NCBI GenBank assembly: GCA_043228905.1
Contig: JBHGNT010000005.1
Coordinates: 186,001-250,000, forward strand
From: Azolla caroliniana
Taxonomy: Eukaryota; Plantae; Polypodiophyta
Direction: 5' to 3'
DNA: 64,000 nt
Of this stretch, positions 1 through 13,508 are shown piece by piece (the first letter of the stretch is position 1; each line of letters opens with the position of its first letter). A program made the position numbers and the translations under genes. A model generated the notes under the pieces. That model saw nothing but the letters and a program-made list of their open reading frames with translations. It did not search any database and was not told where the DNA came from.

Positions 1-501
1 AAATTATTATGACATATAAGTAGATTGTTTATCACCAGTGAAAATAACATGAATAAATACAATATTTATGAATTCGAGAAAATCCTGAATTTTCTCTTAG
101 ACATTGCTAACTCGAACGGATTCAAAGCGTAGAAAACTGAACACAGAAAAGAGAAGACAAAAGGAGACAAGAGAGAGAGAGAGAGAGAAGCACCTGATGG
201 ACATCATTATTCCTTGCTTGGTAGCTGCGGAAACAAAAGAAAAAGAACACTCAGAGGCGCATCTTTTGTTCTCTTCGTCTATTAGAACGAACAAAGTCCT
301 GCAGAGTCGACGCTATAGAATCTCGGCCTCTGTCTCGATCGATGGACTTGCTATGCAATCATCTATGGATGTGTGTGATATGTTTGTATGTATGTGTATG
401 GCATGTATGTATGTATATGGTATACATACATACATACATATATGTACATGCATTTATCGTTATATTTGGAAGTGTTTGCAATTCAAACTCCCCCTTCCTC
501 A

Positions 502-1110
502 TAGGAATCGGCAACGGCTCGGCTCAAGCCTAAACCGGTTTTAACGGCTTAGCGGCTCGGTTTAGGCGTGAGCCTACCTAAACGGTTTGACCTCGGCTCG
601 ACTTGGCTTGAGCCTTGCGAAACCGGCTCAAGCCGTTCAGAATTTTAGGGTTTAGAAAGTTAGAACTTGAAAGTTGACAAAGAGAATGACACGAAGCCGT
701 AGGCAAGATACTATTGAGTGACGAGAGAGGGAGAGAGAGCTTGCATAGTGGACGATCAAGGACCTCCTTGTTGTTCAGTGCTATATACATTCTTTGGAGA
801 AGGATTGGATTACCAAGAGTAATAGGTCGTCATAGCCTCGGGCCTCGTGGTTCGGGTGGTGGGAGGCAGGGGATTCATGGATGTCAGCCGACCAATCATA
901 GTAGTCTACAAAGAGGGAGTCGTGGAGGTGGGACTTGGAGTTGAGTTTGACTCATCATTGGTAAGGCCGAGGGGGTGGGAGTTATGAGGAAGAGAAGAAG
1001 AGTAGGAGGAAGTAGTAGTGGTGGGGGTGGGGGTGTTTTTTGGGTATCTTCAGCTTTTTTGTCCCAACCTGGTTCACAAACCAGTTTAGGCCAAACCGGT
1101 TAAGCTTAAA
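502..1110. mobile_element. Truncated non-autonomous hAT-like element (MITE-type); only one terminus recognisable
   Basis: Begins TAGGAATCGGCAACGG, resembling the TAGGGATG... termini of plant hAT elements. Dense subterminal AAACCGGTT / GGCTCGGC / GAGCC motifs at 515-635 and 1065-1110. No matching right TIR or TSD seen. Confidence 0.4.
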
Positions 1111-1176
1111 CGAATAATGGGGAATGCCTAGTGTGTGAGGAAGTTCCTCACACACTAGGCATTGCCCCATTATTCG
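1111..1176. repeat. Near-perfect 66-bp palindrome
   Basis: CGAATAATGGGG-AATGCCTAGTGTGTGAGGAA G TTCCTCACACACTAGGCATTGCCCCATTATTCG: 32 paired bases, 1-nt centre, one bulged base. Confidence 0.95.
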
Positions 1177-3824
1177 TGACCTAAAGGTGTGGCGAATCGG
1201 CCTAGCCTTTAACCAAGAATGAATTCACTCCCCCTTTGGCCGCTCAATCAAATGATAGTTATCTTTATATAAGTGCTTGTCCCATATCTCTCTTTTGTCA
1301 TGCATTAAAAATTAAATGTAGCTCATCTTACTTCAAGACTAGATTTGAACCAAGTGGAGGAGGATATTTTTTCATTATCTTACCTAGGCTTTGTCAGTGA
1401 TCTCTCCCCATCCTTATGTTTGAATTTCGGTTGTACTCACACTTTTGTCACTCTCTCTTTTGGTTCAAATGTGTCAATATGAAAACTGAGTTGAGGTCTC
1501 AGTGTCATCGACTCATGCTCTTCATTCGTTCTTTTTGTGTTCGCTATGATGATACCTTTCACATGAAGTAGATTTGTCAGTTGTCATTCCATAGCGTCTT
1601 CAAAGAAAGATATATTTGTTTGTCGTCATTGCTTAGTTTCTTGTGCTCTCAGGGATACTTTAGAATGAACCTTGTACATAAATCACACTTGTGTTTAGTT
1701 AGTTGCTTCAAACATTCCTACATCAAAGACATAAAGGTGATAATATGTAAATGCATCCGTCGAACATACCTAAATGCATCCATTTTAGAGACCATTCCTC
1801 TAATCTCATGAGCAGTTACATCAAAAATATTGGAATGGGGATTTTCTAATCAATTATTGTCACCCTATTCAATATTAGTGGCAAACAACCTTCACACTAT
1901 TTTTAGCAATGCTTGTCTAAAAAGTTGAAGGGGTCTATTACGCTGAAACTTCTAGTTTGAAAATTTTGTTTAAAACTGAAAATTCATGCTGAGAAATAAT
2001 TGCTGACTAAATATAGCTTAATGCTTTGTAAAAAATGGTTGGAACTTATGCTAAAAGTTATTTCAGAACCAATCAATACATTCACAAATAAGTGGCAAGG
2101 GATTACAATATAGGCAATGTCCAAAAGTAAGAAAAAATTGTAATTGGCTACGATGTTGGAATGATATGGATGAAGTGAAGACCACTTTAAAGCATTGTTA
2201 CAAAATCAAACAAAAGAAAACATATGTTAAGGTTGCTTCTAGCCCACCCTTACTTAAGGTTGTGTTTGCTTACAACCAACTTAAAACATTTGTATTTTGC
2301 GAACATAAACATTAAATAGAAAACATGAAACAATTCATTGACTCCATTAATATGTGACCCTTCACTTAATCCATTTATCAATCCAACTATTACCATTCAT
2401 CATTTAAACCAATATACCATTTAACAAAAAGAAATACAAGAATCAGACCAAGCCATACCATTATAATACTAATGTGATGGCTGGTGTATCTCAATTGGAT
2501 GAGTTGGCATTTCACCATACCACATGATGAATGAGAAAATAATCTAAATGACGATAATGAATGGGTTTGTAAGGACCTTTCACTGCCACACTTATACATG
2601 ATGCCTGTTCTAGCATAATTCTAGTGAACTTAGCTCTGAGGTTTGGCCAAATGTAGTGAAGAAATCTTTTCATCTAAGTGATTTAGAAGCGCACACACTC
2701 ATGCTATACTTGCCAAAGCTTCTTCCTTTTCATGACGCTAACTCAGCAATGACAAATAAGGAAATCAAAATGCATTGCTATGTGTTTTATAAATGCATAT
2801 ATATGGAGCAAGAAATGGTGAATAAATCAATTCCATTTCAGTGATGATGTGTATATTTATGTTTGACACTAAGGGATAGACCAAGGTTTATGCAAGACTT
2901 CTGAAATTATGAGATAGACTAGTCACCAGCCATCACATTGTATTAAAGAATATCAATGCCTTGGAAGAATCATCTCATTCTCAAAAGCTTACACTAACAG
3001 TAACTAAGCCTTCTCTTTAGAACCATTATCTGAAATTCCTTCTCAATTGGGACAACTTTCAAAAGTCATGGTTAAATTCCCGTGATAAACAGCTCCTACT
3101 TTGTTTCCTATGGCTACCAAAGGAACGCTATACCCACAACATGCATATTACTTGACCCCCTAGAGCCCTGCCCAAGAGAAGGTTTACAAGTGTTAACATC
3201 TTCCATGGGATCCACACATGACCATGACAATATACATATATTGGATTTAAAGTTTTAAAAGTATGTAACAGCATTAAGATGCTTTGTTCAAAACTCTACC
3301 ATCACATGGCAAATGGATTATCTACTCATGCTCATATCTGGACTTCATATAATTTCTTAACCTATTGAATATTTTGTTATTTGCAAAATGGATTATCTAC
3401 TATCTTTAAACCTAGATAATCAACAAGTTACTCTTCATTCCGATCCAGTTAAAATTGGCACCCAAAGTGACAAAATCACTATTTCAAAACACAATTTTCT
3501 TCAGACAGATGAGCACATAATATTACTTATAAATTCATATCAAACTTCTTGTTCATTGACATTTCTTTCTCTATTCTGTGTGACAGTATAATTCAACTTA
3601 AGACACTTATCAGGCGCATAATTTGAATCCCATAAAGAGGCACACTATACTTTGAATGCTTTGGCAGTAGTTACACATAGCAACCAGTGTCAATGGTACC
3701 AATCTGATAAAGTATTAAGCATTATATAGAGATGGCACAGATAGTGAACCTTTAACCAAAACCCAAGCAATTCTGGAAACATTTGGTAGCAAACTTGCAT
3801 CTAATCACAACAATACTATTAGAC

Positions 3825-3904
3825 CTATCAGAACCTTGATCTCTTTTCAGAGTGACAAATGCCATTTGATCTATCGGAACTTGGATCTCTTTTCAGAGTG
3901 ACAA
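3825..3904. repeat. Tandem duplication, 46-bp period
   Basis: CTATC(A/G)GAAC..GATCTCTTTTCAGAGTGACAA starts at 3825 and again at 3871. Confidence 0.85.
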
Positions 3905-4637
3905 TTTGTCTTCAACTTCATTTCTACATATGTACAAAAATCTAGAAGCAAACTATAAAATTAGAACAAGCAACTATTTTCAACAACAGCATTCTCCCCT
4001 GCGCTGCACGATTTAAATTAGACAACTTTTATCTGGATAACAAAAGAAGGCTGCATGATTTGAAGTATGGGCACAGGAAAACAAAACCATACAAGTATAA
4101 GGGATGGGTGCTCGGTATCTATAAAACCAGCGTGAATACACTGGCAATAACAAACTAATATAATAAAATTTGGAACATTAACAAACCCCCCAACAAAACT
4201 ATCGCGATAGTGATAGATTCAATCAGCATCAGCGTGAATAAAATGTCAACTACAGCAATCATACCCATCACCATTGCCACAATGACAAACAGCATCAGTA
4301 ACATTGACACCATCGTAGAGCAACAACATATTGACAATGAAATCACCAACCAACGACATTCTCGAATCATGATATCATCAATAATGAAATCATCTAATGA
4401 CGACATCATTGAAGACAAAATCAATAATGACATAACTGATGACAAATTCGACAGCAACAGCAATATCATTGACCATGACATGAAAAATTGAATCAGTGAC
4501 AACAAATGAACGACGACATCATAGACGAACAACAACATTGTTGAGAACAAAAGCCAACTATATGGGGATGTGAGGGTGGACATTTACTATGATTATGAAG
4601 ATGGTCCATTGAAGAGGAGATGCAAGATGAACCTTAG

Positions 4638-5195
4638 CTATTGAGTTTTATCAATGCCAGAATTGTAGAGCTTTCTTCGTGCCAGGAATCGGGCAACAGG
4701 AGGAGTTAGGGCAAACGTCAGAGGAACTCGAACCGGAAACATGGCCTTATTGCATAGGATTGCAAGCACCAGAGCACTCCCTCCGGATATCAACGCACTT
4801 TTCTTCACATTACTGTTCTTATCACTATCACCATCATCATCAACAACAACATCCTCTTTCTTCATCGATTCTTCATTTTTTCCCCTCACATCGCCATCGC
4901 CATCAAAACCACCATACCTATAGTGTTCAGTTTTCATGGCTTCTCGAGGGTTGCGAACATCATCGGATTTCTCGACCTCCGATGGTTCCCGGTGGGCAGC
5001 TCCTTCTATTTCATCTTTCCCAAGGAGACCTATTCGGTTGAGGACTCCTTCTACATCGACGTTGTTCTTGATGGCGACGTAGAAGGCAGAGATGGAGATA
5101 CCTGAGACAGAGAGGTGGACAGCGATGGCGACTTTCCCATATTTAGCGAAGAGTTCACGGATCCGACCACCTGCAGAGAAGAATCCGCCAGCCAT
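4638..5195 (-). CDS. DUF1279 / FAM210-like protein, single exon, 185 aa
   Basis: Motifs ELFAKYGKVAIAVHLSVS..YVAIKNNVDV and LAILCNKAMFPVRVPLTFALTPPVARFL are typical of plant DUF1279 proteins, separated by an acidic insertion. Confidence 0.85.
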   Translation of the reverse strand: MAGGFFSAGGRIRELFAKYGKVAIAVHLSVSGISISAFYVAIKNNVDVEGVLNRIGLLGKDEIEGAAHREPSEVEKSDDVRNPREAMKTEHYRYGGFDGDGDVRGKNEESMKKEDVVVDDDGDSDKNSNVKKSALISGGSALVLAILCNKAMFPVRVPLTFALTPPVARFLARRKLYNSGIDKTQ

Positions 5196-6543
5196 AGAGC
5201 GCCCCTGTTCCCTCGACCCGCCTCTCTCTCTCTCACCTCCCCCCCCTAAACCCTTCCAGAACCCTAATTTCCTACTTCTCAGCCATCTCTCTCTTACATA
5301 TACATATTCAAGTCAATCATGACAATAGCTACTCTAATGTTTTGGAAATTGCAAGCGTACCCCTATACCTTTGGCTGCTCAAGACATACACACACATTGA
5401 CATTCCCCACATGGACTCATTCTTTTCCCAGAATTCGCCCACTCATGGGGGACCCAAAGTATCTAAAGTTAGACTGACCCTGTCATTTATCCTCGACCGT
5501 CCATAATGAGTCCAAGGCACTGAAACGAACATATAATAACTTGGTAGGCTGTATATGATCTAGTGAGGCGAAGCACCAACAGGGCATCTAGAATGTTGAG
5601 TGAATCCATTCGCCAAATTCCCATCAATCCATTCTCAAAGCAATGTCTTACTAGCATAAGATAAGTTGGGTTACAAAGAGAAGAGAAAGAAGAAACCAAT
5701 TGGCAAATCTCTTTTCTTATATTGATGTACGATGGTTTTGTGTACCATTATACTAACCAACCTAAAAATTCCCAAGTCATTTGCATCATTTGCAAATATG
5801 TTGTGGATTGCTCGATCAAAAGCTCGCACAACCTCGAATAAAAACAATCATCACTCTTCATGCTTGCATAACTCAAAATACCAATGTAGGATGCATGTAT
5901 CCAAATATCCCACATGTTTCAAGGTTTCATATTGGTGTGCCCACGCGAGCAAAATAAATTATAGTAATCTAATGCGGCTAGGGAGGAGCCATGACCTATG
6001 TTGTGTGCAAATGGTAACTCCAAATTAACAGACAATTGGAAAATCAAAGCACATGTATTATACACAATACTAGATAATGGAACCACATTAATTACCAAAT
6101 GAATTTATGTATACATAAATCGAAACAATTTGTCTGTCAACTTCATTTCAAAATCCAAAAATATCCAGTATGTACAAGATACCTCAAATTGGTATACTAT
6201 TTCTCATCACTTACATCAAGATACATCAATGGGGTATGTTTCAATATTCTGTTTCCTTCAATACAATGAGCTACATTTGGTGAAGTGCTTCAGATAAATC
6301 ATTTGGTGCTCTCAACAGTGAGCTTAACAAGCAAGGTCTTGACGTTATTCTTGCTCCTATCTCCTCATGGTGAATGTACATACCGGATGTGCATGTCTCG
6401 ACAGTAGGATGCCATTAGCAATAATCAATTGCAGAGTAAGAACATTTCCATTCATTTCAAGAGGTAGATAACATGAGCCATGAACTTGCATTCGCTCTCA
6501 CTTAATAATATGTGCAACCATGACTATATATAGCAAACATAAG

Positions 6544-9500
6544 TTATCCTTCGTATACCCCATGTGGTCTGAAAATTGCAGTCAATGGCGCATGGTCTGA
6601 TAAAGAATAATCTTCAGGCCATAAACCTTGTTCAACCTCAGGAGGATAGAGAAACGCTTCATGAATATCAAAGCCTGACGCATTGCCCGAAACAGGTTTT
6701 TCTAATGAGTCTTGGAACCTAGTCAACTTTTCTCTCTCTTTCAAGTTATTCGACCAGCTTTCCTCATCGTCTGACTCGATCATGCCCTAATATAGATTGC
6801 ACATTGTTAACCATCAGTCAATTTTTGAAATACTGTGAAATATTTCAGTTTTTCTTTATTTGCCCAAATGCCCCTAAGCTTTTATTACTTCACCAAATCC
6901 CCTTGCTCAACCGCAATTATATGTGGCATTTAGCAAAGTCTTACGGCCAATACAAACTTTTCATTATTTTAAATATTGAGCAATCATATAATCAATCCAT
7001 CCCCTTTTTCTCTTTCAGGGTTGACACCATTTGGGGAAAGAACAGAAACTTGGGAATTTTTTGAGGAAATAAAGAGAAAGAAAAATTCCAGAGGTATTCA
7101 GGGATTTTTTTCTTAAAACAAATTTGCTATTTTCATCAATGTACAAAATGAGGCTTTACCTCCGAAAAGAACCAACTTACTTCTTTGCCTGTTATGTCAG
7201 TTCGTTCATCTTCACCAATACTTAGGTTGACCAGCATATACTTGATTTCTTCCATATCAAGCTCTTCACGTTTGGTCACACCAAGCTAGCGTATACATAT
7301 ACATGAATCTTTGAACAAGATACTCTCACTTGAAAACATTGAAATTGGAAACAAGAGAATTAACACAATCACACAGTCAATCCAGAGTTTCTTTGGTATA
7401 CCTGTCTCAATCGTGTTTTAAACTTGTCAGGAGACAGCATAACACCATTTTCTTGAATGAAACAAATAGTATCCATACCCACCTCATCCAGTTTGGCCTG
7501 CAAGATCTCAATTATTAAAAGAAATTTGACAGAACATAAATCCTTAACACTAAACATAACACAAAAAGATGAAAATCAAAACATATTCCTACCTTTATTA
7601 TGCCAAGAACAGCTTCTTTCCAGCTTATGGAGAGAGGTTTTCTATGCTTGTTTGGATTGTAAAGCCATATGAAATCAACTCCACAGATGTTGCCTCGATG
7701 GTTACGATGGCTAACCCACTGCAGTAGAACATTGATGAAAAAATGCAATTTTGTATGCAACAATGCAAACACTATGTTACTCTCTTAACCTCCTTTCAAT
7801 TATAAGTTGTGAAAATAATAAATGGTTATTATTACCTTATGGGTGTATTCATGGAGGATATCATATGAAGATTCAAAGCCTTGAGATCGAAGAAACTTAT
7901 ACACCTGTCCACGTTTGCTTCCATTCCAATCCCTAAATTTAAGAAAAAGATACACAATTCAGAACCACTCTTGATCTTTCCTAAAGTAAATATTTGATTT
8001 TTGGTGAGCTCTTTTGTTTTCCTTTGTAATTTGTTCTGTTTTTCTCAAGGTAAAAGCTATGATTTTCAGGTCTGACATCTGCAATAACATGAATCATAAA
8101 GGTGTAAAAAGAAATGGCTTAACCATTTTTGTTTTCAGAAAAAAACACTTACCAAAAACTACATGACGGAAAAAAAGCTTATCAGGCCAAACACACTACA
8201 TAAACTATCTTGTATTTGAGCTGAAAGAAATACTAACCCACAAAGGATGACGGGAATTGAAGACAAACTATGCTCCGCCTTAAATTGTTCCAAATACTCA
8301 ATAATTCTGTATACCTGCTTGCTAGCATAAACAACTTGAATATATTAGAAAGAGAAGAGCTACCAAATGAAAAGTTCAAAAAAGGTTTCTCAAGGATACC
8401 TGTCGTAATCTAACAATGCAATAACTGAAATCATGAGGAAAGATTAGGTGTGTATTCACAACCAACAACTCTTGTTCAATACTCTGATTTCTCTTATAGA
8501 AGGGTGCTTTGAAGCGGAGATGGAAAATCTGGGCAACTCGGTCCCCACAGCCAAAGAACGGTAGTTCTTTATAATTCAAGACTCGCAATCGATCACCTTT
8601 TATTGCAGTGAAAAGTCCTGGAGAAAATAAAATACAGCGAATTAAATTAAAAGGACATTTTGCATCTGTTGTGTACACACATCGCCTTGATTACGGTACT
8701 AAGAGTAGAGACGAAACCCATTAGAATGTCAACGATGGCAGTCTGGGGATACAAAACTTGTGTTTGTTTAGGATTGAAATTAAGGCTAGAAAAAAGGAAA
8801 GAAATAAAGCTTTATTGACATTGCACAAGCAGAGCTTGGGTATGAGACAATGGTGGTATGATGGCGAGTAAAAATCGTGTACCATGACAAAAAATAAAAT
8901 GTAGTAATATGTAGGATAGTAGATAGCTCCATTTACATGAAACATAAGGGGTTAAATCATATTGCAAATAGTGGCTGAGGTCTGATGAACCCCTAAAAAT
9001 GATCTTTGGATGAGAGTTCATGTATGTCACTCTCTTTCTGATGCTCTGGGGTTGCCAAGTGCAGAGATCTTGAATCTCTCAATCAACTAATCATTGTGTC
9101 CAGTACCCCTGACATGCAAGGTTGCCTAAGCGCTCTGTTTGCCTCTGCCTTCTGGGGTATTATTCTAGGTGCTGCTCGGTTAAGGGGGAATGTTGATATC
9201 CTTGAGAAGGGAAATCAACTCACAAAATGTTGGGTGAGCCAAAGCTGATGCACTATCTGTGATGACCCTGCTCGTAGAAGGGCCTCTCTACGACTGTGGA
9301 TCCCTATCAGGACTTGCCTTATTTGCGTTTGGGATTACACTCTATGATCTGTCCAAGGGGAATATCCCAGGCACCACACATTCATATCTTCAAATGCAGC
9401 GCATCTATAAACACAATGCTCCTCAACTCTCCACTTCTCCCTAACCAACCTCAATTCCTAGCTGATGTGAAGAAACACTAGGCTGGAAAATCACTATTCT

Positions 9501-11320
9501 TAGTATGATGTGGTATGTAGACATCCATGTAGTGAGGTCACTCAATGAAATCCTGAGCTCAGTTAAGAAAATGCTCGTTGCAGCACATCTTAGAGTGGCA
9601 ATGGCTGTTTTGGACTAATCCATATCTCTCAGATGTAAGTGTGCTTATCAACCTATTTCTATTAATAATAGGAGGTCAAATAGCATGTCTGAGAAATTAA
9701 CCACGATGGTAAACAGTCGATGTCTACGTCATGCTCTGAAAGCCACTGATGTGTGGTTCAGACAGATCAACTTCTCCAACATCAGCTAAATCTTGACAGT
9801 ACAGGAAAGTCTTCTAGTATCCATGTTGGCTAAATCTACATAGGAATATGAAAGTTTGGAAGAGGGCCTTAATAAACATGGTGGTGTAGCAAACTTTGAT
9901 GAAACAAATGGGCTTTCCTTTTGCTTTTCCCATAAGTGTTATGGTTGGTGTTAATGTTCCTCACTACATCCTACACAGCGCAGCCTCTCTTCTTCTCTTG
10001 CAAGTTTTAGCAATTTCCAGTCCTTGTGCACAAAAGTCCACACTGGCCCACGACAATGCCAATATGATTGTTGTTGTGAACACATATAGTGATTTTTGAC
10101 ATAAACATATATGGCACAAAGGGCAGAATTTTTCCTTTAATTTTCTCTTTCAGGTTAACCAATTGTAAGCATTCTATTCTTCCATACTTCCACCATCTTC
10201 AAAGGTGCCCGTTAAGACTACACATCAAGCTTTACAATGTCTTTTGCAGATTGAATATTATCTACGTTTTAAGCTATATATACGCTCTGGTATAGTGTCA
10301 CAAATTAATATTTCGATTAACTGTGGTATACTTCGGCATATTTTACATTATACATGTTGACCCCAAATTTCCCATTTAAAGTGTCGGTAGTTATGGTCTA
10401 GATATGTGGGTGCACACATCCTGGAACAATAAAAGATAATGAACACATATGGATACACTCACCGTCTCCTTTATTATTAGTTCTTGGTAGCTTGAATGTG
10501 TGATAACCTGCCTGAATAAGAGTTTCCTCATAGAGCTGAACAAGCTCCTCATTTCCAAGCCACAATTCCTGTTTCAACCAAGAAAGTAATTCGATTAGCT
10601 TAGTCATCAAAGATGCACAACGTTCATTCGTTCTCAAAGCCCCAAACTAACCTGCAAGCATATAATCGATGAAGCATTGCGCAACAGCATGTCCAAAATC
10701 TTTTTGTTCCTTGTGAACCATGCCTCGTGAAATTCGCTCTCTCGGGAACTCTGCAAGAATCAGTGACTAAAATTTATGGTGGGAGCAATGATTTATGACC
10801 TTTCTTCGTCAAGCACAATAGTGGTTGTCAGATCACTATTGTATGATAGGATCAAAATGAAGGGTCACTCTGAAACTATTGCACCAGATGCGTTATTGCA
10901 AGAGAAAGTAATAAACAAGAAAATTGCATAAGCGAGAAAAAGATGGAGACGCTACACCCTGTGTGTGTAAATATTTGAGAAGGAAACCATCCATTATCTT
11001 TAGCCTTAGGCATTTGAAAGAGACACATAGAGAAACAGATTGTAAATTGACGAACAAAAAAGACGAATTTTTTTTATAAACCAGAGAAGAAATCCGAGTG
11101 ATAATAATTCAAATACCTCGTCTCCGATTCGTTTGTATATAGGGGCTAAAATGTTAAACGTGGTACAAGTGATGGAATTCTCTGCAGAAATCGAAGTTAT
11201 GGAAGATAAAGAAGCAGAGAAATCTTCTCTATAGCAAACGGGTTTCGCTGGAGAAGGTCCTGACATGGATCGATGGGAAGTTCTTCCATTCTTGAAGAAG
11301 CGATCAGGCAAGGGATTCAT
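6544..11320 (-). CDS. Endonuclease/exonuclease/phosphatase (EEP, DNase I-like) family protein, At1g02270-like, 10 exons, about 456 aa
   Basis: GT-AG exons 11117-11320, 10652-10750, 10463-10568, 8400-8617, 8238-8314, 7836-7932, 7593-7718, 7402-7497, 7181-7285 and 6544-6786 join in frame (1371 nt). Motifs: CTTFNILAPIYKR, IICLQE, VNTHLIFPHD, ILCGDWNGSKRG, WVSHRNHRGNICGVDFIW, YSLSDHAPL. Confidence 0.9.
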
Positions 11321-11432
11321 GGCGAGGAGGAAGAGGAAGAAGAAGTTCTGTGAGGGGGGGAGGAATGCGGGGGAGAAGAGAGGGTATTGATGCTGGGGAG
11401 AGAGGGCGCGTGGAAGGGAAAGGGAAAGGAAA

Positions 11433-11474
11433 TTAGGGTTAGGGTTAGGGTTAGTGTGAGGGTGAGGGTGAGGG
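11433..11474. repeat. (TTAGGG)3-TTAGTG-(TGAGGG)3 hexamer array in the EEP gene leader/promoter
   Basis: Read directly from the sequence; about 115 bp upstream of the EEP ATG. Confidence 0.85.
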
Positions 11475-12849
11475 CGAGAAGAGCTCAAAGGAAGGAACAT
11501 GACTTAGACGAGCAGAAAGATGCGAGATGTATAAATATGTATGTACATACGCGCGCGCATACACACACAAAACAATACATATATTGTTTTTTTTTTATCA
11601 TTCTGTACATATTTGTGTCTATTTATGTGCATAATTGTTTATTACAATTATTTATTTATTCTAGTTGTGTGATGGTTTTGCGCAGCTTATCATCATCATC
11701 TCTACCTTTTGCTTCCTTCCGTCCTTCCTACCTAAGTTCCTTCCTTCATAAGTTCCTTCCTTCCTTTCTTTCTTTAAGCGCGTATTCGTGTGTGCGTGTG
11801 TGTGTGGCTCTTATCCTATTATCGCTGTCCACCTCATCTGTGTGGTTGTATCATCACTCGATGATGACTCCTCTTGTGTGCCTCTCTCTCTCTCTCTCTC
11901 TCTCGGCTTTTGCTTGTGGCCTGGGGCCTCCCTCCTTGTCATCGTCATCATCATCATCGGATCTTTGATCCCCACCCCCACGTGCTCTTGGCCACATCAT
12001 CGAAAATAAACCTCAACTATCAACTAATCCATGCTCTTCTCTGCTTTTCTTCCCTGACCTCACATACATGTGCCCATCCATTGCTATGCTCGATTCACTC
12101 ATCTTGGGTGTTAGTTTGAATGATGGTGATTGCTACAACAAACAAATGATTTTTTTTACTCTTATGACCCACCAGCGAGGGTCGTGACAATCCTGACTTG
12201 CTAGCGTATGTTTGGTTTGCCAGCGCATTGGCCCGGATAACCTTTGTTTCATGGTATAGTTATTGTATTGGACACATTCTCACAATGGAATGTCTAATAT
12301 AGTTGCAATATGTTGTGGGAATGATTAATTTAGCGAGTAGTTATCCCATATTTGGTCATTATTAGTAGTAAGTTGACTAGTGTAGAAGTATCGTGTATAT
12401 ACTAGAAAGCATCTACATATATATAGTGTTTTATGTTATTCCTCACATCCTCCACGTTTTGATTGGCCCAAGCAGGCTATAAAAGGGTGTCAATTCTAAG
12501 AAGAGGATTCAAGAGCCTTCATTAACATAGAATCCTCTTTTATGTGTCTCTTCTCCCATCCCAATGGTAGGTGGTGGAGGGCTTCATATCTCCACCATAC
12601 AACAATAGGCATGAGCTCATCCATACATGAAGGTTGATTGTGTGATATTTTACCTAGCTATTTCCATAAACACATCGGTACAGATGATGACACTTTTTTT
12701 GCAAGTTTTTGGACCTAAACTCAATCAAAGCATGAAATAACACACGTGTTTGCCTATTGTTTTTGCCATAATTCAATAATAAATTCTTATTATTGTCAAA
12801 AGTTTTTTGTATATCAAATTTTTTAATGCTAAATAGAAGGAGCCAATGC

Positions 12850-13470
12850 ATATTTATCCATTGTGTCCATGTCCTTTATTGTTTATGGTTGTGACCCCAT
12901 GTATGAATGGCTATAATTATGCGAATAGGTATGACTCTTCAAGCATCAAGGTTCTTTCTTTTTATCAAATATTCAATATTCTCCGTCATTTGGAAGAGAA
13001 AGTAGATTTAATATTGTCCTTGACTTTGTTGTTGTCAACTTGCTTTATGTGTCTTTCGTAAATCTTTGGAGCGTTGAAGCCTTTTACATGTTACAAGTTT
13101 TTTGTGTCCATGGTGATCATGGGCATGGGAGCCGAGGGATTTCTTCTTTATTATTTTGTGATTGGAATCTAATCAAGTTATGCATGCATGAAGTCATGTT
13201 CTCTCTTTTTTCTTGTTTTTCCACCATGACATGTCGTTTTCAATTTTTTCATCTCACCTTCCTTGGCTTTGTAACAAGCTTCTTGATAGCAGCGAATCTT
13301 CTTTCAAATACATAGTCATGTCTACTTTGCAAGAAGGAGAAAATGCAAGCAATATGTAAGCATAAGTGAAGAGCGTCAATACAAACACTAATGGTAGCAT
13401 GATTTGGATGAGCTTGTTAACAAATGAGGATGTGGGAGACACTCTTAACATGGTTCCAACTTAGATACCA
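12850..13470 (-). mobile_element. Heavily degraded LTR-retrotransposon internal fragment
   Basis: PBS(Met)-like TGGTATC on the minus strand near 13463-13470, and weak integrase-like traces around 12890-13050. No intact ORF. Confidence 0.3.
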
Positions 13471-13508
13471 TTAATTAGAATGAATTTAAGATTAAATGGT
13501 GCACATTA

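Noticed and set aside
104-544. 146-aa plus-strand ORF and the 193-aa ORF at 11387-11968
   Set aside because: Made of GA/TA/CA microsatellite translations in promoter or leader regions. The first 300 bp more likely hold the first exon of a minus-strand gene leaving the window, which cannot be identified.
4155-4583. 142-aa hydrophobic ORF (and a 93-aa plus-strand ORF) downstream of the DUF1279 gene
   Set aside because: Arises from degenerate trinucleotide-periodic low-complexity sequence (GAC/AAC/ATC); no family motif.
8950-10100. Coding-like, slightly GC-richer stretch inside the long EEP intron
   Set aside because: Probably a decayed transposon fragment, but no motif could be assigned with confidence.
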